64,000 nt of DNA from the human T2T-CHM13v2.0 reference genome, Homo sapiens. Location of the stretch: assembly GCF_009914755.1 (NCBI RefSeq), contig NC_060934.1. One strand, given 5' to 3'. The notes under the pieces are model-generated. The model worked only from the letters and a program-made list of their open reading frames with translations, made no database searches and was not told where the DNA came from. The position numbers and the translations under genes are program-made. Below are positions 56,811 to 64,000 of the stretch, piece by piece; position 1 is the stretch's first letter, and each line of letters starts with the position of its first letter.

Positions 56811-57110
56811 GGCCGGGCACGTTGGCTCACACCTGTAATCCCAGCACTTTGGGAGGCCGAGGTGGGCGGATCACGAGGTCAGGAGTTAGAGACCAGCCTG
56901 GCCAACATGGTGAAACCCCATCTCTACTAAAAATACAAAAAATTAGCCAGGTGTGGTGACAGGCGCCTGTTCTTCCAGCTACTTGGGAGGCTGAGGCAGG
57001 AGAAATCACTTGAACCCAGGAAGTGGAGGTTGCGGTGAGCCAAGATCGCACCAGCGCACTCCAGCCTGGTGACAGAGTGAGACTCTGTCTCAAAAAAAAA
57101 AAAAAAAAAA
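56811..57110 (+). mobile_element. AluS (Sg/Sc-like), full length
   Basis: ggatcacgaggtcaggag; TSD AGACAGCTG (56802-56810 / 57111-57119). Confidence 0.95.
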
Positions 57111-58799
57111 AGACAGCTGTGGTTTCAGGCTGGAACCACTGGAGCCAGAGGGGCCTCTAGAAAGGCCTGGACTCCATGGCCAGAGGGAAGGAGTTTCACA
57201 AACAGGATTTTGATAGCACTTTAGCCAACAGTTCTTTGGTGTTCTAATACTGCTTGAGAATGGTTTTGATGTCTCATAAGGGGTTACATAGTGAGTTATC
57301 TGAAATCATTTCTGTCTCAAACTGTCCAGTCTCCCTTACGGTGCTTTAGTCAACTCTTCGTCTTCTCAGTCTTCATGTTAAAAGGAAAAATCTTAGTGAA
57401 ATCTACTACAGGAGACCAGCTAATTTCTTGAACAATAGTGACCATTTTGGTGAGAGGCCTTTAATAGCGGTATTGAGAAGGCAAACCTTCAATTAGAACT
57501 GAAAAAGTTGTCTTTTTTTTTAGCAGGAAACTGGTAAAGGGGGTATCTTTGCACAAAAGCAGTCATATCAGCAGGAGACATTGTAAAATTAACCAGTCAA
57601 GATACCTTTCAAAGGTAACTATTAAGAAAGGGAAACCATGTAACACCCACCTTTCAGCAATTTTTTCTGTAACATTTTATTAAGTATCTTTTCTTAAACA
57701 AATGCAAAGTGTATTTTACTTCACATAAATTTGACATTCATTTCATCGTTCATTTTGTGTCTAGTATGTAAGAAATTATATTCAATTCTGTTGAGGATTT
57801 AGAGAAGAGAGAGACACAGCTTATGCCCCACAGGTACATAAAGTTTAGATACGAAGACAATTGATATACACCCATCAAAATAGTAGTAATCAAAGGAAAG
57901 GAAGAGGAAGAAACAGGTATTTCTTGAAGACCTACTGAGTACCTGCCAGATACTTATTATTGTTTTCATTTTAAACAGGAAACAGAAGTTTAGATGGGTT
58001 GTGACATTTGCCCACGTTCACACAGGTATAGATTTAGAGATAAGACTCAAATTCAATTCTGTCTCCTCCCAGAGCCAGCACTGTGTTCACTAAGCCCCCT
58101 GACTCACACACATGACACAGGGATCTGGAGATCTCTGCTGAGGTGTTGAAGCTTTGAGGAAGAGATAGCATTTTATACATGCATTGGAGATCAAGTTGTA
58201 ACAAATGGAATTTTAGTACATAGTTATTCCAGATCATCATCTTATGGATTGAGGGGGTAAATGAAGGAGCATGTGAGTCTTCCTTGGTTTTTCCCTGAAG
58301 TATTTGGGAAACTGAAGGCAAAAAAAATCCAAAGTCCAAAGCGTGCGTAAGAGTCGTTGCCACTTTTGAGAGAATAAGTCTGTAGATACCTTTTTACCTC
58401 CTTCGGTCAATGAATAAGTGCTACTGAGTAAACTTACATTATTTTCTATTTTACAAATCACACTATCAATATTACTTGGAAATCCTGTTGCCTATGTATT
58501 TCTACACAGATCAAAGCTTTTCCTGTGGTCGGAATGCTCTGATTGAATCCACAAATCTTACTAGTTGAATCAAAATCAACGGCTTAAATGTCAGGATCTC
58601 TATCTGAGGAGCTGTAGACCCCTGTTGAGGTTTTTTGTGTGTGTGTTGTTGTTTGTTTGTTTTTTACCAAAGTCCCCCGAAAGATGAAGAGGGCATTGTC
58701 TTGTAAAAGGAGGGACGTGGGAAGATCTGACTAGAAGAAAAACATGTGTCATAAAAATTACTGAATGCTATTAGACTATATAAAAGTCAGTTCTTAAAA

Positions 58800-59300
58800 G
58801 TCCCTTAGCAAAAAAGCACATTTGTGGACAACAAGCTGTTCACTTTGATTGATGTGTGATATACACATAGGAGTATGTGTTAGATTAACTGGAGGCACAT
58901 TAGGGAGGACATGAATGTCAGGATGAAGAAGTTGGAGTAACTGGGAATAATTTGATTATTTTGAGCAGAGAAGATAATCATTGCAGCTGTGCTTTAGAAA
59001 GACCATCTGTGAGTCATGTGTAGGACGGATTATAGAAAAGAGTGAAGACACAGCAACCAGCCAGGAGACTGTTGTAAACCTTCAAGCAAAGATAGCAAAA
59101 TTTCAGATTAAATCAGTGGTGATGAAAAAGAAGAGCTTGAGTTGGATTCTAATAAATACTCATTGGAAATGAGTATTCCATTTCCATGTAAATGGACAGT
59201 AGGCTACAAGTAGCGGATAAAGCAGAAGAAAGCATCAAACACGCCTCCTAGTACTTGAGCTTGAGAAATTCAGCTTGGTTTGAGTTTGCATATAGTGAAT
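58800..59300 (-). mobile_element. Degenerate L2 fragment
   Basis: gattattttgagcagagaagataat...gctgtgctttagaaagaccatctg...ccaggagactgttgtaa. Confidence 0.5.
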
Positions 59301-60104
59301 ATTTAAAAATAAAAGTAGCTTGTACTCTTTCACATAGGAATTACAGGATGTAGTCACTATGGAAGGTCAGTTCACTGTCTTTTAAGAGGCTTCTCTCAGT
59401 AGCATTGCTTTTTCTGGTGAATTCAGCATAAAGACTAGGCTTAGAAATTGACTTTGTCTGGAAATTAAAGGCATATCATTTTTTCAGGGGTGACTTCACA
59501 TTAAAAACTATCATAAGACATATAAAATTAGAATGCAAAATTAGTACATTATAATAAAAAATAATTAATGGCCGAATATGAATATGTTTAGCTTCCATTC
59601 TTACTTTAAGCATACCTTCATGGGAAATTACATCACATAAATCAAAAACAGGATGTTCTTTGATGAACAAGGAATCAACAATGAAAGTTGGATGGGTCAA
59701 ATATTTAACAACAGCCAGGAACATCCATCTGCCAACAGAAATTCTGTTTTTAAAAACAGAATATTTAGCATTCTCTAATGCAGTCTACTGCATTAAGTCA
59801 GGTTTGCATGATAACCTGACTTTTCATTATGACTTTTTTTTGGTTCTTTATTTAACTGACCATCAGATTTAATATGTTAATGAATGTAAATAAAATGCAT
59901 CAAGAGTATAGTAAATTCTTTTGAGAGTGGGCAGTTTTCTAACTCTTTAAGGTATCATTTTGTATCTTGATTCATTAAAGTTGACTGTACAATTTAATTC
60001 TGAGTACAGTGGTGTCTTTTATTTTGCAATCTACCTCACTGTATAACCCACATATTAACAGGAGCTTTATAGAATCTGAGGGGCTGGCAGGATATAAAGA
60101 TATA

Positions 60105-60950
60105 CATTAATCAAGGCAACTATTGTTAGTTTGTAGTAAATAGTCCTAAAATACCACTGTCTTACTACAACAAAGGTTTCTTTCTTATACTTATCACAGT
60201 CTAATGAGGGTTTGTTAGTTCTCCATTGACTCTCTCCCATTCTTCACCTAGGGGTGTTCCTGGAGGCTGCCCTGATTAGCTCTCATCAGTGGGCTCCTTT
60301 GCCCTCTAACTTCTGATTTGGCTCAGTCAGTGGAGGACAACCACTGTATATGACTGAAGAGCAAGAGAGGGGATTTAGCTGCAGTGTTTATTTCTGCAGT
60401 GTTTCCTTTACTGGCAGCATGTTCCTATTAAAAGGAAATTCTCCAGTCAAGTGGCATTCGCTGTACAACTCTCTCTGTGTTCTGGAATCTAGTTTCTTCA
60501 TTTGTTTTCTCAGGCCTAGGAGTAGTAATATCTCTCCACCATTACTAGCCCTGGGGGTATTACATCATTCTTCATTGCTAGGTATAAAATTTGTCCTCAC
60601 CTATATAAGAGATGTCCTGTAAATCTCTTCTCAGTTTCTCAACTTGGGTGTGCCATATGCTGTCTACTTGAACTTTGACATGTATTCTCAAAACAGTGAA
60701 GTGGCTATTTAAGCTCCTTCTTTCTTGTGATGCTATCATTTTAAACACATGCTCTCTAAGGTTGCTGCAGAAGTGGAGACAGAGTGAGGATGTTTGCACA
60801 AGGTTTTGTGCTTAGTCCTAAACATGGAAGACATTGCTGCCTATATGTCACATGGCTCCAACATAACTGAAGTGGGGTTTTCTCATAGACTCAGACAAGT
60901 TGGGAAATAATGGGATTTGGTGAGCATTTGGTATTGTTTGTGTCGTACAT
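60105..60950 (-). mobile_element. MLT1-family LTR with a nested LTR33-like ERVL LTR (~60230-60680)
   Basis: cttactacaacaaaggtttctttctta (MLT1); ctcctttgccctctaacttctgatttggctcagtcagtgg...gggtgtgccatatg (LTR33-like). Confidence 0.55.
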
Positions 60951-61229
60951 GGAGATATGCAATAAGCAAATGGAAATGTGGACATTAACTCAAAAGGAAG
61001 GATGATATTAAATACATAGGAGAACTTTAGATGGCACTTGAATGTTATACCAATTCAACCCCATCATCAGTTTTGACCACATCTTTCCATTTCTTAAACA
61101 TACTTCGTTCCCACTACAGATGCCATCTTGGTTCCTTCTCTACCTCTATTTTGATATTCACATAGACCAGTACTACAGATTTCAGTTATGTGGTTCTTCT
61201 GGGTTCCATCTGTTTCTTTTCATTGTAAC

Positions 61230-62200
61230 TAACAGAAGCCTGGTCTGATTTGCTAGGTGAAGCTGTACAAGTGAAAGAGAAATGTTGGAGAGATGTTTCA
61301 TGGAGAAAAGATAGCCAGACAGACTCCAGATTACGTCCACGAATATAGAAGCAAGAAGAGAACTCAGTAAGAGGTATATGAATCAGGCTCAGTAAGAGGT
61401 ATATGAATCAGGACAATATCATCAAAGACAGTCCAGGAAGGAGGTTCAAAAAAGAAGACATGGACAGAAGTACCAAATTCAGGGAGATGTGAGAGGACAT
61501 GTGGAAAAGAGCTCTGGATATTCATGCTCACAGTCTTCACCAATAGTGGACTGAAGGAAAAGATGTCATTGAAGGCTGTACAGCCACCACAAAGAGGAGG
61601 GAGTTTCAGTGCAAAGAGGGCATGCATTTCTTTCATCTTCATCCTTACTTCTTTCCGAACTTCAATTCTTTGAACAGTCTACTTGCTACCTGCCTGAATC
61701 CTTTCTTAATCTTCTTCACATGTACTCCTTCAACTCCAGAAATAGGTTTTCTGCCTTTTCTTTGTTAGGATCACATTTCATTTATGTTCTTTAATCCAAG
61801 TCAGTTCCCAATCATTGCTTAACAAGACTTGGCTTCTTATTGATTCTCTAGTTCAGTTGCAATGGTCTATTCCAAATCTTCTCCAAACACCTTAAGCTGC
61901 CATCCACCATATAGGCCTTACTCAATGATGCTCTACTTTTCTTCCTTCTACCTAAGACAACTTTGCTTTGACACCTCTGTAGGCCTAAGAAAGTGGCCTG
62001 CAAATATGTTGCTATTCACTCTTCTCACCTCCCAAAATACCACCTTAATCTCTCCTGCTTAATTTGCATCTTCAAATATTTAGTTTCTCTCTTATTGCTT
62101 ACCCCTTTGTCTCAGGATCTAAGAACAGGTTTAGAACAGATAACTGAAATCTCCATGACCTCCTTTAGATAATACCTTTGGTCTCTTCCCCACCAGAGTC
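61230..62200. mobile_element. L2 fragments in opposite orientations
   Basis: Purine-rich L2-like 61250-61620 followed by pyrimidine-rich L2-like 61620-62200. Confidence 0.4.
61363..61412 (+). repeat. Perfect 25-bp tandem duplication
   Basis: CTCAGTAAGAGGTATATGAATCAGG x2. Confidence 0.95.
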
Positions 62201-63259
62201 TGACAATTTACTAAACAAATGACCGTTCTCATTGGTTTAATAGCCAGTTCTTTTCATTTTCCCCTGCTGCCCCTCTGCAGGAATTACTAATAAGCTGCAG
62301 ACTTGGGCAGTAGCAGGCAGTAGGGATGGCTAGAGGTGAACAGTGGCAGGCAGACCCTTCTGATCCTCAAGCAGCCTGCCTGGAAGTGAGCATGTTGCAG
62401 GAATAGTAGTGTTATCTCTTGAGATAGATTTCTCTTGTGTCTTCTAATCTCCCCCCAATGCCAGTGTTATGTGTGTGAACCACCCTTGAAAACCATCTTC
62501 TGCTTTCCATTTGGCTTTCCCTTTGGGCTGGCTGTAATATTTGCTTGCTTTCCTATGTCAGGACTCTTTGAATGTATACCTGTATCTTGTAGCTATCTCA
62601 GGGACCTTTACACCAAGCTACATATTAAAATAGTTTTCTCTATTTAGTAATTCTATGTTTCTTCTTTATCAGGATATTCCTTCTCACTTTTATCCCCAAA
62701 ATGGAAGAAATAACACGTTTTAAAAATTAATTGCATAGCACATTTGCAAGTTATGTTCCCGTACTTAGTCCAGTTTAAGCCTCACGCCAAACTTATGAGG
62801 TTGATATTCTTACTTCTATGGTACAGACAAATTAATTGAGGCAAGAAGCAGCTCAGGCCCTTGTCTAGTTGACTGCTGTGACTCATACTTTCTGTTCTTG
62901 GCTGCTGAGTCCCTTGCTCCACATTTCTGCTTTCCTAATTGTTTTTGACACAAGGAAATGAGAACATGTTGGAAAAACAATAGTCTTTCTGGATGAGTTG
63001 TTGGGCTAAGTGACCTTTAAGGTATGTTCTAATCTAGAGGTCTTTGGTTCTTGCTTGATTATAGTGCAGTACTATTAGACAATCAATGCAATTGTCCTAG
63101 CTGAATGACAGGGTAGCAGAGACAGTGAAATATTATTTTTGGCACTTTTTTAGTGTTATCTATTTTTGTCGATAGAAAAATAAATCCCAAAATCCAAAGG
63201 GAAAATATATATTTATTTGCACTTAGTGTTCAGTAGTGAAGTGCACGGGTCATTTGTTA

Positions 63260-63430
63260 GTGGATGAATGTGGGCAAGTTACTTTACCTGTCCATGATAT
63301 AACTCCTTATGCATAACGTGGGATGAATAACATGTCTACTCATAGAGTTTTTCTGAGGTTCAAATTAGTGTACACATGTAAAGTGTTTATAATGGTGCCT
63401 AGCACTTAGTAAGTCATCAGTTAATATCAG
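63260..63430 (+). mobile_element. MIR SINE
   Basis: gggcaagttacttta...catagagtttttctgagg...gtaaagtgtttataatggtgcctagcacttagtaag. Confidence 0.7.
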
Positions 63431-63465
63431 CTGCTGTTACATTTTGTAAAAATAGTAAAGCCGTG

Positions 63466-63838
63466 TGTAGCGGTCCGTTCTCACGCTGCTATGAAGAAAT
63501 ACCCAAGCCTGGCTAATTTATAAAGGAAAGAGGTTTAATTGACTCACAATTCCACATGGCTGGGAAGGCTCAGGAAACACACAATCATGGCGAAAGGGGA
63601 AGCGGGCATAGACCTTCTTCATATGGTGGCAGGAAAGAGAAGAGTGAATGAGTGAAGGGGGAAGAGCCCCTTATAAAACCATTGGATCTCATGAGAAGTC
63701 ACTAGCACAAGAACGGCATGGGGAGAAACTGCCCCCATGATTCAATTACCTCCACCTGGTGTCTCCCTTGACAGTGGGGATTATGGGGATTACAATTTAA
63801 GATGAGATTTTGGTTGGGCACACAGCCAAACCATATTA
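63466..63838 (-). mobile_element. THE1C/D-like MaLR solo LTR
   Basis: gttctcacgctgctatgaagaaataccc...cccccatgattcaattacctccac...cacagccaaaccatat; 5-bp TSD CCGTG/CTGTG. Confidence 0.92.
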
Positions 63839-64000
63839 CTGTGTAAAGAACTTACCACTTTTAAGAATAGTTAATATTAATTGACATACAGTATCTGACC
63901 ATTTATTACTTGGAAAACTCTATCTGCACTATCTCATTTGACCTAAATTATCAGGTAGAAACAATTATGATCACAATTTAAAAGATGAGAAAACTGAAAT

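Overview
AT-rich primate (human-like) genomic DNA, recognisable from AluJ/AluS SINEs, L1M LINEs, L2/MIR, MaLR LTRs and hAT-Charlie DNA transposon fossils. I find no credible protein-coding gene: the listed ORFs are Alu-derived, L1 ORF1/ORF2 remnants, low-complexity or chance. The best gene-like signal is a candidate minus-strand spliced non-coding transcript at the left end, with a TATA promoter near 5.9 kb and candidate exons 5751-5866, 3789-3962 and 2620-2821. The remaining ~58 kb looks like upstream intergenic DNA with several repeat-poor, motif-dense candidate enhancers. The clearest sequence-level oddities are three local copy events: (1) ~105 bp of the neighbouring L1 copied in inverted orientation into an Alu; (2) an 81-bp inverted duplication of a Charlie transposon end plus flank; (3) an old ~400-bp tandem duplication split by later insertions. 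I see no support for a novel multi-gene biological system. Repeat subfamily names are from memory of consensus sequences, boundaries are approximate, and both need RepeatMasker/Dfam confirmation.
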